Source of the DNA: Botryllus schlosseri
Taxonomy: Eukaryota
Direction of reading: 5' to 3'
Length of the DNA: 64,000 bases
Assembly (NCBI GenBank): GCA_051294905.1
Contig: CM119384.1
Span: 15,128,001 to 15,192,000 of the forward strand
The notes below the pieces were generated by a model. It saw nothing but the letters and a program-made list of their open reading frames with translations. It was not told the DNA's origin and did not search any database. A program made the translations under genes and the position numbers. This document shows positions 49,521-64,000 of this stretch, piece after piece; the stretch's first letter is position 1, and every line of letters begins with the position of its first letter.

Positions 49521-52500
49521 TCACACCAAATGTTCAGCCGTAGTGGGGACAGCGTCAGGCACCCCAATTTGATCCAGCTTTTTGCCGAGACCGGAGTCCC
49601 CAGCCCTCGCGTCCCGGAGTTTTTTCAGTTCTTTTTGAAGATTCTGCGAAACAAAACAAAAAGCCGCATAAAATGACTGTTAGCATTCGACTAGATAGAT
49701 AAACTCATCGGGTCCGAAAGTGCTGGGCGATTTTGAGAGACTTATATCTTGCGAAGTTCGATTTATACTCGATCACAACATTCAGTCAATTACGTCTAAT
49801 CACTGTTTGATATCTTGGTAAGTTGAATTTGGAATGGATGTCGACAGAAAAACGGCGGAACGTTTAATTTTTGAGCTCGACGCGGAAAGGATCAAATCTG
49901 ATACATCAATTGAAAATGTATAAAAATTCTCGCGACTTCGTTGAAACGCGTAGTAGAAGCGCATCAAAAAACAAGTTCTGCCTTGGCAAAAAAGTTTGGA
50001 AACACCGGATTAAACAGTTGACAGAGACGACATCCGCAAATCCCTTTTATGTAGTGCTAGCACCATTCAAATTCGAACAAATGCGTGCGTCACACACGGA
50101 AATAGAACATCGATACAAAGTTTTTTCTCGCGGAAGCACGGCACAACCCTAACACGACTTAACGCATTCTATCCCATTCTTGCAGAGTAAGCATGACTAA
50201 CGCGAACCAAGGCAAGGTGCATTACAGCTTCCCTTACGGAGTAACTTCCTGGTGCGTTGACGTAACACAGCCAATTTCGACACGGTCAGCTCTAACATTC
50301 ATTCGGCACGGGTTGTTCTCTTTAAATGGCCGAATTAAAAGACTATCGAACACGCACTGTTGACACGAAGTATCACGACAGTATCTGACCATATAACTGT
50401 CGTCATACTGCATCGCAGTGAGGCGAGAATATTATTAGCCTTTTGTCGAAGCAGTCGATTAAGAACGCGTGATACGTAATCGCAAACCACAAGAACATCT
50501 AATCACGATACCAACCGCTCACGGTCGGCAATCGCACAGGTTGCATAACGAATCCGAGCTGACCACAAGACAAAAACACCAGAAAATTATCGAATCTATA
50601 ACCGCTATAAGCTAACCAGGGGTGTGCGTTTTGTGCAGCCATTTTATTGACAAGCCGCGCATGCATTCCTAGTAGTTACATACAGGCTCGTAATCTTGTT
50701 AAGGATCGGTAATGGCAATGGCGAGACTTTTCAATGTAATCCGACATCAGACTACATATAACAATTATAAGTACCTGGAGGTAGGTCGCGCTAAGCGCAA
50801 AAAATGTGGTCAAGTTAATATCAATAAACCTTGTCAAATATATCAATGCGCCAAATCAGCATATGCATATTTTGATTTTAGCGTTTTAGACATTTCTCCG
50901 TGCTCACTTGTGCATAACTCGAATGTACCAGAATTGCAACCAAAAAACATTTCGCACGCCGTACAATTTTCCTTGCGAGCCTCAGGTGGCACACCCCTGG
51001 TATATATCATAAGACTGCCGATGTACAACGTTCTTTTGAATTCTCTGCTAGTTGCTGACGACGACCCTTCGCAAGTGTCAGCAGAAAATATTTGGGTATA
51101 TTCCAATATGAATGTGCTATTAAATTCTATATTGAAGTTCTATACCTCCAGACTCTGGAGTCCTGAGTCCCTTTAGATATAAATAAATTAGCGCATGCGC
51201 CATAATCGGAAATGAAGAATCCCTCATCCTCACCATATTTTCCTGTTGTAAGCGCGCCCAGTCTTTCCTGAGCTTCGCCAGCTCGCCCTTGCCGTGGTCG
51301 CCGTCGGAATGCTTCCTCTCCACGGCGTTCGTCTTGTTATGATTGCTGCGCTTGTTCTGGTTGTGGTCCACGCCGACGCAGTTGTGATGGGGCCCGCCGC
51401 CTTCGTGCGCGCCGTTACGAGGCCACGAATCGGTTCGCGATGAAGAGGCCATGCTCTCCTAAGCAAATGATTTCGACCGTTACCCAGATGTGCTCAAAAT
51501 GGCCTAATTGATGCTCAATTAGAAATAGTGCAAGATGTATCTAAGCGACTAACACACAACGACTAATCTAACTGCAAATAGGTACAATCTTCCAATATAT
51601 ACTCACTTACGTTGATACGGGGACTACTTCTTAAGCTTTTATGACAGTTTCACCCATAAAAGCCGTGCATACTTATCGTATTATTACTTTCTACTTTTCA
51701 TATTTAAAATTGTAAAAAGGAAAGCAGTTTCATCAAAGTAAAGTGGGAGTAATCTAAACCTACTTCACTACTTTCCCACTTTAGGTCACCAGCAGGGATG
51801 CAGCAAAAGGCTATCACCTCAGATGACTTTCTCGATGGATCCGCTTATCTGATACCTCTGCGTATAAACACGCCCCATACCGGTCCCATCACGCTAGACA
51901 ATGATCACGAATAATACGCGTGCCTCGCACATCTACATTCCGGAACGCATATGCTGCTGTTGCGCCACAACGAATTAACGCGCATGAATAATTCAACGCG
52001 CTTAGAGGACGGATTTACTGCCGACATTGACAGCGATTCAACTTCATGAATGCGTAACAACGATTTTTGCGCATATGCAGCAGTGTATCTATAGTTCCAT
52101 ACCATATCCTTAAACATACAGAGCACAAAATCTCACCAGGCCAGTGTCGGAATCGAGGCTGTTGTAACTCCCGCACGACGGGCACGGCGAATGCGGACGG
52201 TTTCGACGGGCCTTCTTCGGCGACTCGCTCAACGACAAACTGCTTCCTTGCGCCGAGCGGCAATCCAACGTCAAGTCCGAATTGTTACCGCTGTCGTTGC
52301 CGTGCTGAAGAGTCGACGGCTCGCTGTAAACAATATCCGTTATTGCATTGTGACGTCAAACGCATATTACGTCATCGCATCAGCAATATCCCGAGTGTCA
52401 ACACTCAACATGTGCGCAAATCGGATTCGTAAATTCACGTCACAATATGCGCGCCATCATCGTTTCGCGATACATACACAAAGAATAGGCAGCGCTGCTT

Positions 52501-55500
52501 TTAATCGAGGTTCGATTGATCGAATGAATATTTTAGCAGGGTGACTTCATTTCCTCGTTGAATTATACATGACGAACGCGGCTATCGGCAAACTACGAAA
52601 TTGGGCGCTCATTATCGCCGCCACGTCGGCGAAAACACGTCAAGGACGCGCGACGGACGGGTCAATTCGCGGTAGTGCAATACCAAAACCAAAACAACGT
52701 GATACGGCGTCCTACAATCAACCTTTGACTGCGGGGTCGGTAGGGCGCTATCCTGCCTAGCACTGAACGCAAGTGATGCGAAACTAAACTTACAGGGATA
52801 TCAAATAAGTAACAATGCATCGCGCAAAGCAAATTGCTTACGACGGCTTTATAGTGTATATATGCTGACTGGCGGATGACCGAATAGACTAAAACATGCA
52901 GAAATGTTCAGCAACGCTTGTGCAGCATACCAAACAGCGAAAAGACACGCACGGTCATTCCAACTGACCCTTTTCCACGCAGTAACAAACAGGCGCATAC
53001 CTTTTCAGTCGCTGCCTGTCGTTTTCGTCAAAGGTCGCGCTCCGCTCCAAATTCGCGTTGAATTTCGCCGGAGACTTCCCGTGATCGTTAAAAGACGACG
53101 ACTGCAAAAACGTCACAATGAGTACGTCTGTCACGTGACGCGCCAGCATAAAGTGGGTCTACACTCCACAGAGTCGCGGGGATATTGTCTTACCGTGCTG
53201 CTGTGTTTCGAGTCCAGGTTCACCTTGCGCGTTGACATCAGCGGACTGGCCGTTTGGTGGTCAATGGACGAAGCTCTGTGCCGTGTGAACCTCTAAAATT
53301 GTAAGTCACGATTTGGTAAAGTCAATTGACCCGGTTTAATGTAAGATTGTCAGTGAATTTGGTATTAGAAATGTGATGACTAATATTATCACGAGAGTAA
53401 TACATTGATACTGTATTATTAAATTCGAAAATGAATGTTTCACTGAATACGAACGTGAATTGTGACATACAGCTCCTAGTGAATTTGGCGCCAGGTATGC
53501 ATTAATGTAGTCGGGTTAAGCTAGATTTCACTAGTAACCTGATATAGTACCATGAACCTTGGTACTGTACATAATTTCACTTCTACAATCACAACTGACC
53601 TTGAAAGCTTCGAAAAAGCCGTTACTGCCTTCCTTCACGGTGTCGGCAGACGAAGCGTTGCTCAAATTATCGTGCGGCTCCATCTTGATGCCAAGCATGG
53701 CTTCCGTGGAGACGGCGATCTCGTCGTACAGTTGGTCCATCAACATCGTCCTGTCGAGCGCAACGAGACAATATCATTTCCCGTTCAAGCACGACCCGCA
53801 AAAAGCGACACAGTCACGAAAGCGGTCAAGTTAGCGGCTTTAGCCTACCTGCGTTATTTTCTCACGTGGTTAGCTCTTAGGCTAGATTCACTTCTACCGA
53901 ACAGTATTTATCACTTTCACAAGCGAAATTGTCATGAAAACTGGACGAAATCATGTTTGCATTAGTCCCTAAGACGCACTCTGCAATTTCTGTTTTACGA
54001 AACTGGGCAACGATGGCTACTATGATCACCTATGCAAATTATTCCTGCTCACATCAAAATATTGCAAGCCGACTTCATCTCCCCTTAAATAGACCTATAT
54101 GTCGTTTCTTATTCGAAGGTTTTGGATCGATGTGTAAATGCCGCTCTGCAACAACGATCAGACACTAACTAACACACTCCGGAATTGAGCCGTGCGGTGA
54201 CTATGCCGCACTACGAACTTTCTCCACACCGCCACAAGCACCACACATTAGCGGATACGGAAGTAACGCATATTAAAATTCCGAGCGCATATCAATTCAC
54301 AACAACAATAACACCGCCAAATCGTTGCCGTAACTGGACACCTGGAGCACGCGCATACCTGGTTCGGAATTGCAACTTCGCGAACTGCTCGGATTTGTAG
54401 CAGGCCCACTCGGCGTTGACCATCTTACAGTAGAGCCACTCCCGGAACGCGTCGTCTTTCGAGAAAATGGCCGGCTCCGGTAGCGACGGCTCGAAATCTG
54501 GTACGTCTTCCCGACACGTCACGGACACCTGAAAATCGAAGAGGGGGCGCTTGAAATCAGTTTTGCGGGGTCAGAATCGCACAGCGCACGCATCTATCAC
54601 CGATAGCCACTTGAACGCATGCAAGATGCACAATGCACATTGTACATGGTACAAAGCAAGCGTAGCGCAGATTTCAAAGCGCATTGATCACCCACGTTCA
54701 AAACTGCCCGCGACCACTGCATGAGATACAGCCAAATCAATGAAATACCAGCCGTTTCAGTGTAATCTCGCCAGAATCGAAATACAAAATGACAGATTCA
54801 ACTCGGTCGTCTACCCGTTATCTGCTCGTTGACATAATTCGTGATTGACGATCGACACGCGCCGGGCGCTACGTTACAATAAACTATGCGTACCTTGTAA
54901 CGACAGTCCGGCGTGCAGGCGTCGATGGGCTGGATGACGATGTAGGCGTGAAGAAAGTGCGAGGTAATCATGTTGGGCACGAAAGGCGTTTCGCCGTCTT
55001 GAAACACGATGGCGACTATGTCGTTGCCGATGTGACGCTTGCGCTGGAGCTGCCAAGGAAAACGGACGTGTTGACACACCTGCGACATACGGACCAGACG
55101 CGTCCGATTTCGTAGCGGCACACCGCTTTAATTACACATCAAAGCGGTGTCGAAGAGATCGTAAAATATTGAGACAATATGTCGTGAATCACACGACACT
55201 CACGGAATAGACCTCGTTAAATAACACGGAAATTTCTAAAGATCAGCATTAAGGCCTGGCGAAGTCAAGAATTCTGAGGTACATCAAAAACGCGCAAGTT
55301 AATACCGTTCACAAAACCAGACACGTACCCATACACCCGCAAATCTATTTCTGTACGCCTGCTTACTATCAGGACCAGATATGGTCTTGCGAAATGTGTA
55401 CCGCTAAAACAAGGTTGAGCGAAAGCGGAAATTCGTCTGTGACGCACACCGCGTTCAAGGCCGCCCAATCGAGACAGGTACTTGACAATGTCATTGCCGA

Positions 55501-58500
55501 GAGTGGTATAGCAAGCATATATAAACAGACGGCAAAGTATAGCGTAACCATGTAATTTTAAAAATAATATAAAACAGTACAGGCGGACAATCCGCTAGTG
55601 CATATATTGTAAGACGCCTACGCCAAGCCGTTACCAAGAAATCAAACTTCCACTAAATACGAATACAGCAATAGTATACGAAGTCCGTAAAGCCGTACCT
55701 GCTGGCGATCACCCTCGATGTAGGGCAGCATGGTAGAAACGTGGAACATGACTTCTTTGTCTGCGTATCGTCCGTACACGGAGGTATCTCCGGTGTGGCC
55801 GTGCTGCACGTCTAATCCCCCGCGAAAGCCGGTGAAGCCCTGTCATCAAAATTGTCGCGATTTGGAACATAAGCCTTGATTGTGCAGTTGTTTTTGGAAT
55901 AGGGGAAACTCAAGTGGGCCGACTTTAACAAACTACTAATCTCGTTAGTTCACGGTCAACTACTGACTATACAGCTCTAGTTCTAGTTGCGGATTTTGAA
56001 AAATTTAGTTCAAATCCCAGTTGGGCAAATTAAAAAATACTACAAACTAGAGAACCAAAGAACAACTAAAAAAACACGTTTCGTCGTTTGGCCCGAATGT
56101 ATCGTGATACCGTTGTTCTGTTGTGTGATATTCTTCCAGCCATTACTAGTTCAGATATTCATCACTATTAACAGTGGCATAAGCCTGTGGTATGTTGGGG
56201 GTAGGAACCCCTCCCATTTCATACTAGAAACTCAGCCGTATTGAAATGTTCTTTTCATCTTTAACATTTCTTAGTTTAATTGTAATTTAATAATTCGTAT
56301 TATACATTAGTTAGTTGTGTTTTAGTTAGATAGTTGTGGATTTTGGAGGTCGTCAGTTCAAGTTCTAGTTGCACATTTTGAAAACCCAGCAGTTTCTGCA
56401 GGTGGGCATTGGTGGAATAAAACAACCGTTACCTGCAGGTCGACCACATCGCCGACAAACTCCAAAAATTCCCGAAACGCGGGTGATTCTCCCCTATTAC
56501 CAAAGACCTCTTCCTCTTTGGCCTGGTTCGGCTTTTGATACAAAATCCCGAACTTGTTGGTCGGCGTCACAGTATGCTCGTCGAAGTTGAGAATAGAATC
56601 CCACGCGCCCGTGGACACCACCGGATAGAACCTGCGTGCAATCGCGCCATTGTTACGCGAGTTCGGCAGGAAAGCCAACCGGCCGCGCGCACGGCGTGTT
56701 GCAGGGAAATCGCCGATTGCTGTATCGCGTTACAGCCGACAATGCGCGCGATTGAAAGTGTTCGCGAATTGTCATACGCGCGCCAATACAGCGCAGCGCA
56801 CCGCATTGTACCGGCAACAGAAAATAGTTTGCGTTGAGCCTAGAAAGCTGTTCGACACAATGGGGAAAATATACGCCTCGGGCGATGCGCTAGTTCATGA
56901 CCATATAGGTTACTTGACGCTACTAGGGCTTTACATATTACGCGGAGTGTCTGCATTGAATGCACGAACTTACACACTTGACGATATATTTTTATATCAT
57001 TGTGTAAAAAATACACCATGTGAACCGTGTCAGGTATCATTCATGTAAATAATAATACAATTAACACATCAATATTTACCTCTAATTCTGTATATCGCGA
57101 TATTTCTATGTTATGTACGAAAGTCCACAAACCACAGCGTGTCACTGATGTAAACCATATACAATTAACATATATTTTACAGTACCTCTATTTGCGTGCA
57201 AAATTACACTATATATGGCGGTGTTTATGTATATTGTACAAACATCTCCCCACCCACAGTGTGCCACACATGCATATAACAAAAAAGTGAACATATATTG
57301 AGCATCACTTCTACGATTGTGTATAAAGGTACTGTATGGCGTATGAGACGAGTTAGCAACAACATAATTAAACGTAAACGAGGTTGCGTTCGTGGATTAT
57401 GCTTGTACTACCAGTGCAGCGTACTTATTCGCGGCGTGCTAACCGGAATTCCATACGCCAGGACGGGGATTGCGGATCGAAATGTGAATCGCGAAAATAC
57501 TTTGCATATTCAGGAAAACAATAGCATTCCTCACATCGACTCGCGATTAATCATAAGACCCGGCGCTGCGCCGGCACGCATCGGATATGGCGCTGCGCAA
57601 CGGGAGTCCGATTGCGAGGTCACGCGAAGGTAAGCTCGGCACTAATTTCAGCAACAAGACACGTTACCCCGGTCATTATCTCGACACTGCGCAAATGCAC
57701 GGAAAACGTATAGTATAGGACTTCGCGTTCCAAGACTGAAACACGTTCTCCGCACTTTGCCCGTTAATCATAATATTCCGTTTGTAACATGACAGATGGA
57801 GGAAGCATATGTGCTGGGCACGAACTACATATCGCGAACGCCCGTACTGGTTATGAAAACACGCCGGCCCCAGCTGCGAGGCCAAATGAATGAAGTACAT
57901 CATTTCAACTTTTATTAAATTATAATCTTCTGCAAGGTGATGTTACAACTCTCGTTACCAGGCGACGCGATAACCCATTGCGTTAAACAGCTGCCTTCCA
58001 GAGACCGCTCAAGCAGTAAGTGCATCAAACATAGCCAATTCGAAAAGTATGTTACAGCAATGTGATATCAAGAACAGTTCATCAGAATTGAACATCCAAG
58101 CGTCAATATTGACAGCGCATAAGCATTTTTGGAATGAGCATTTGTCTCTTTGTGACACGCCTGGTTATGAGGAATCGAGCGATTTAAATAACTCAATTCA
58201 GTTTAACAGCGTGTGGAATACACAATTAACATGCCCGAAACGCGTGGCGTGCGCAAGCCGACAAGGAAACACAATGTTACTATTTCCACAAGTGTACCGA
58301 CTGATGTCTACAACTGACGCGTAATAGGCACTTGCTAAGTATCTGAGAGGCGATGACAAGTGCTTTGTGGAAACTTCGAATTGACGCTGCAGTTTTGAGA
58401 AAAGGCCCAATAAACACTCCATAAAACACCAAACAATAACAAGGGCCAGTTTGACTCACCGGTCAGTGGTGATTTCATCACAGAGATTCTTCGCCCAATG

Positions 58501-61500
58501 GGCCGGGTTACCGCCCTCGTATGATTCGAATCGTTTTGCCCAGGACTGCGCCCTAGACCTGAAAGAAAGGACGCGTGTTAAGTCCGAGAATTCAGGTTGT
58601 TCAGGACATAGTTCGAATTTTAGACAGTCAACACGAATTTACATAACACACTGAGAACACAGTTTCATAACACACTTCATTCAACAAGTATTTACATAAC
58701 ACACTGGGAACACAGATAAATAACACAATTTATTTTATTCAATCGTTAGCCTCCTCGCAAGACGCGAACCTATAAAAGATTATGTGCGTGGCATTAATCA
58801 TCCCACATTTGCATGATTTTATGACAAGTCTTGGTAGCGGCGAAACGTTTTTTTGCAAATACGACCTAGCCACTTGCAACCGTGTCATATTTCATAAAGC
58901 ATCATTGCCATAATAGGGAAGTTGCTTCTGAAAGTAGGCGGCAGTTGTTTCGTGCTGGTTGCAGATTCTTCGCTTCTATTGTCTGCGCCGACTCAGGCCT
59001 GCGCGGACCATTTGAAAAGCCTGTTTCAATGGTTGCTTGCAAAGCTGCGAAATCTACTGAATGGAGGCTGTGATGTTCAATGCACTCGCGGTAACTCAGT
59101 TTCCCAGCGAGCGATTCGCTACATTTCCTTTCGATTAATACTCATCCGCACTTTGGATGATGGTTCGAAGGTCCAACACGCCTACGCGGAACGCCCTCAC
59201 TAGCAAGTGACTAGGGCGTCTGTAAGAAAGCGCTGATGTTTTGGAGTATCATATTATCATAAACGGGCTTCCACGGACGCAATAATCTGCAAACTACTGT
59301 AATGAACCGTCTTTGACAGGCGATGATATCCCCTTACAGATCCCATTCCCAATAACTAATCTTGTACTTTGTCAGAGCGACACAACGATAGACACCAAGT
59401 TAAATTCACAGGACCACAAACACTGTCGTTAACAACGCATACGCGTTCAATACTCGATAGAGCGCAGCGGATAAGCGTCAACACAATCCATTTCCTTTTC
59501 AGCACACGTCATAGTGGACCCATTGAATAGCGAGTATGTGGAATCCAGTCATTAATCGCTGCGTAGCCGAGTATCCATAATGTGCGTTCGGTATTATTGT
59601 CCGTTAACATATGATGCGTCTTCTAAATGAAGTTAATCTCACCTTAATAATAATCGTGTGAAACCTGCTTCTGATGTGACTGAATCCTCATGCTTTACAG
59701 ACATAACAAGCGGGCCGAGATTCTCATCGAAGGCGTAGAAATTAACGTGTTCCTGCAAGGAAACAGCATTGTACAAATCTCCGGTATAAACCGCGTTTTG
59801 GGAGGCAAACCAACTTTTGAGTCGGCGAAAGTGACAGAACGCACGTACCGAACTAGAAATCGACCGGGTTGCAACGCAACATAACCAAGCGTTGAATATG
59901 ACACCACTACAACAAGTTGCAACGCACGTGCACACCGCAGTTACATAGTTTCGATAACCTTGTAAATATCGACTAGATTAACGAATGTCGTGATGAGATG
60001 ACAAACGCTGTCAAAAGACGAGCATTAATGTCTTCTTTCAGGCACGGATTGTGATGCAATTGATTCAGGAGTGCTGGATTGCTACCGATAGGTAAACGAC
60101 ATCGCTAGTTTCTCTTACGAAGAGTAAATATGAATACACACGTTCGTATACTAGTAAGCATTCCCCGACTACTTTGCATAAAGTACCAAATTAACTACAA
60201 CACTATCTCTAGACAGCATATTGTTATAACTTCAGCCTGAAGTGTATAATACATGTAGCAAATCATAACAAGCACCAAGTACTGTCTATCAGTCAATAAG
60301 CGATCGATAGCCACCAATGACAAAATAGAATAACTTCAATACAGACACATTCAAGTGGACTCGCATTTAATCAACATCGACACTCGTCTAGAAAAGATAA
60401 TGACCGCTAATAATGAATACCTTTCCGTGAAAGTGTCTCCTGTACGAGGTCACCGTTTCCTCCCGTTCGATGCTCAATCGATCGCTTATCATGGCGGGTT
60501 GTTCTTTCGCGATGTCGGCGCTCAGGTACGGCGACTCGGGGTGGAATCCCTGCGCCCAGTATCCCCCCTGCGGGGGCGGGATTACTTGGGGATACGGCGC
60601 GCCTTTACGCAAAACCTCTTGGATGGACGGGTAAGTGTAAACCTGTAGATAGGAGCGCTGAAGTTTTTGCGAAGAAACTTTGGTACTTTTCATTGTGGTA
60701 AAGCCCCATATTAGACGTGTTCTAATATACACCAAATCAGTAATCGCAAATGTAAGTGTTCTAAGACACACGAAGTTGATCCTAAATGTCAAGTGTGCTA
60801 ATAACACTGACCAAATTGGTGGTAAATTTGCAGTGTTCCTATGTATACCAAAACGGCCATCAATTTTAATATCGCATCAATACGCGACATGTAAACATGA
60901 CATGCAGTCGGGCAAGAAGACACAGAAACGGCTGTTTTGATTAAACGCCTTGCATCCCAACGCCATTACATTCAGACTTCCGCGTCTATCACAACAATAA
61001 AACGAAGTCAACACCACGCCAACGTTGAAAACAACTCATTCAGAATTATTAACACGAACGGACAAGCGTAATCTGCGCAAGTCAAGTCAACAAGACGGCT
61101 ACAGTCAGTGTCTCGTGGCAGCATCCATCAATAACAAAAACATATTCATACCGGCTTATCGGCAGGCAGTGACACGACCGGCATCGGTGATCTCTGTTCA
61201 TCCAGCCTGGTTCCCTGGAGAGAGAAAAGATATTTCAATTGAACGGCAATGGGGTACATCGAATGTATAAAATCAATTCGCCACGATTCAACTCAAGGCG
61301 GCAGTAAAATAATATGAATTTAATCAACATCGATTCGATCTGCACTGCGACCGGTGACGTAGCGAGTAGCACACACAGAAACAGATACAATTCTAATTAC
61401 ACAGTAGTGCTGTAAGTGACGTGTTGATTAACACACTATGTTGCGTGTACGGTGCAATTGTGCATTCATCGCAATATGATGTCAGTCGTGTTACGCAACA

Positions 61501-63693
61501 CGTAACAAAAATCAAGATAGGTACCCGAAATAGCAACGACGCATACTTATTTCACGAAATCAGCCGTTCATAATTTAAAGACTTGGCGATACCGCACATA
61601 CGCGTTACCCCTAACAGAACGTACGCTTCCCGGCTTCGGAATTGTGAACTTACAAAAGTTATGACCGGAGGATTGTGATGCCGCCTATGTCCGCGAGTAG
61701 TTTTCCGAGCGGACCGTATCATGCTCTCGAACTTTCTGGTAGTTTCCTTCACAAGGCTAGGCATTGATATTGACCGAAGGCACGCCGCTACTTCCAAGTA
61801 ATGAAATAAGGCACGAAGGTGGGAAATCTCACGACAGTCGGCTCGCGCACGCCGGGTCAATGCGCATATCGGTGGTCGCCAAGTAACGGTGGTAACTTCG
61901 GTAGGTAGGTATCCGATAGCGCGTGCCAGCAACGGCGATTAGCACAACACAGCAAGCGTCTGCGTAAGTTATAGATTCTAGAACGCAACGTAGAGCTGTA
62001 AATTCGATAACCATGATATCCTCTACCTACAGATACTAGTTATTTAGATGTCTAATAGACCAATGTAAACCTACATGCTTGCTTACAGCAACTACCTTAA
62101 TACGGAGAATACTATCTGCATATCACGTTTGAACTGGAGCGAATGTAATTCAGTCAACACAGAAAATACAACAAAACAACACTTTTCTTGCGCAGCAACT
62201 TCTACAAGACTTCTCGCCCCGCCATCCCACGCGCACCTGCCGCACCTCGCTGCCCTGTTAGCAACAACGACTAAATCACCGTCTGTACTACTAGATCCAT
62301 ATCCGCCGAACGAGAATCAATCTCTGAACAACAGTTGCGCGCAAAATAGAGAGACGCTTACGAGAGTGACTGGCCGCGCGTTTCCACACAGCCCATCAAA
62401 TTAACCGGCTGTCCGCTGTCCTGAGAAATTCATTTTTCGCTAACCGCCGTAATCCTCTGCGACGGCCGTATTAATCCGTCGCTGTACATTTGCGCATATC
62501 AAAGTCGCCACGGGTCGCCTACACCAGTGAACGGGTCGCCTACACCAGTGAACGAAACACTAACATATTGAGCCGGGATTACTGCTATTAATCCGTTCCA
62601 GGCGGACGCCGTTGAATTACGGACTCGGGAAACAACCACCTATCGCGTTGTTAACATCTGACTACTAACCAGTGGGCCTACTTACAATGACAACTCAGAA
62701 AACTAACCGTGACTAGCACCTTCGAAAAAGGAAGTTCTCAAACAGCGCTTTCTCTCTAATTACATACGTAACGTTGCATACAATGTCATACTAATTGATT
62801 TCGCGAACAATACATTGACTTGATAAGCACTGCATTTTCTGAGATCATCACACTGCCATCTGACTTGTCGAAGTTCTCTACGCGACACGCACAAACTTAC
62901 GGGAACTTTAAATCTCTCTGAATTCTGACTGCTCGCTCCAAAGTCAAAACAATGCCTCTCCAATTCCGCAACGCTCCAAACGCGCGGCGAACACTCAGCC
63001 TGACTGTACCTCTTCGGATTAATGATTGTCATCATCATCCAAACGAATGGCATTAGAGAACGACACCCGCCTGTGACTTGCGCTAAACTAAAATCACGTT
63101 TTCCGGTATCAGCTCCGCGGGCTGACGTCGAGCGGCGTATAAGCGCCGCGCGCGCTGGCTACCAAGTTTTTATAAGCAGGATATGACGATGCATCGCGAT
63201 GCGCTAGCAGGAATGCGCGACTGAGCCCGAGAGAGACAGCAGGGCTTGCGCGGTGTCAGAACATTTTCCGCCAGCACGCTGTAAGACCATTTCGAAGAAA
63301 CGCCCGTTTCCGGCGCGAGATGAGGCAGCGTCCGAATGACGGTATCGCGAATAAACGAAGACGTCGGGTGACTGTGCGGAAGGTTCACGGAACAAAGGCA
63401 AAAAAAGCGAGTACGGAGGAAAGTTACACGTCCGGCGGTAAATTATTTATTGATTGGGTGCATATGGCGCACGAGAGAGTTGAACTACATTCGGGGATAA
63501 CCGTCGGGCGAATCGATCCCACAGTTTTCGGCGGATACCTCGTATGGCACTGTCTCTGCGCGGAAAAAATACCCGCGTGTCGCAAGCGAGATAAAATGCA
63601 GACAGCGGCAAAAGATGCGATTCACAAAATATGAAAGGTAACATTTTATTTTACCTGGGCTTTTTCCAGCATGGCAAATAGATCGTCGTGTCC
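49521..63693 (-). CDS. RAP1GAP: Rap1 GTPase-activating protein with GoLoco motif; 5' end beyond window
   Basis: Minus-strand exons in transcript order: 63655-63693, 61152-61214, 60421-60642, 59643-59752, 58460-58558, 56433-56631, 55699-55839, 54894-55049, 54359-54528, 53600-53750, 53224-53292, 53001-53101, (optional 52723-52752), 52137-52323, 51234-51458, 49521-49643; phases are consistent. Motifs: [11 protein letters not shown]|GTRLDEQR (GoLoco), [33 protein letters not shown] (catalytic Asn), FFEAFK, DSDTGL|ESMASS, and a C-terminal coiled-coil-like segment ending EHLV*. Confidence 0.95.
62511..62552. repeat. 21-bp tandem duplication
   Basis: GGGTCGCCTACACCAGTGAAC twice. Confidence 0.85.
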
Positions 63694-64000
63694 CTGAAAT
63701 AGGAAGACACAAATTAGTCAACGCATATGCAACGCGTGTTTGGTGGGTAAGTCGTTTCGACATATGCGGTCACCAATGCACGTTACAGCACAGTACAAGT
63801 GTAATTAGGCGTGCAGCGTTTTTTTACGCAACCAAACAATTCAATCAATGAAGAAGTGAAATTAGGGGACATAAATATTTATATTGAAATAAACCCGAAT
63901 ATTTTCGGCCGACAGGGGTAATCGGGTGCATTTCAATATGGGTTGATTAGGAATAGGAATAAGACGTTTTACATGATCGTATGTATACTGAAGTTCAATA

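Overview
AT-rich animal genomic DNA with GT-AG introns, several only 54-66 nt long. An invertebrate origin, possibly tunicate-like, is my inference; no prokaryotic features were seen. Gene models were assembled by hand from splice sites and reading-frame phase. (1) A divergent PEX5-like paralog on + (789-15664, 14 exons, ~569 aa). It keeps the N-terminal ubiquitin-acceptor Cys and the TPR architecture, but several PTS1-contacting residues are replaced, including an Arg-to-Glu charge reversal. (2) A canonical PEX5 on + in tandem (26467-39129, 14 exons, ~569 aa). (3) An intronless ~947-aa ORF on + (44450-47293) with an N-terminal CBM21 (PPP1R3-type glycogen-binding) domain, a bipartite NLS and acidic internal repeats. 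(4) A GoLoco-containing RAP1GAP on - (49521 to at least 63693; its 5' end lies beyond the window). Introns and intergenic DNA are dense with non-autonomous transposons: hAT MITEs with intact 8-bp TSDs, a TTAA-flanked palindrome, long foldback elements, tRNA-derived SINEs, nested insertions and a 61-bp minisatellite. The best candidates for new biology are the PEX5 paralog with a remodelled cargo pocket and the CBM21+NLS intronless gene.
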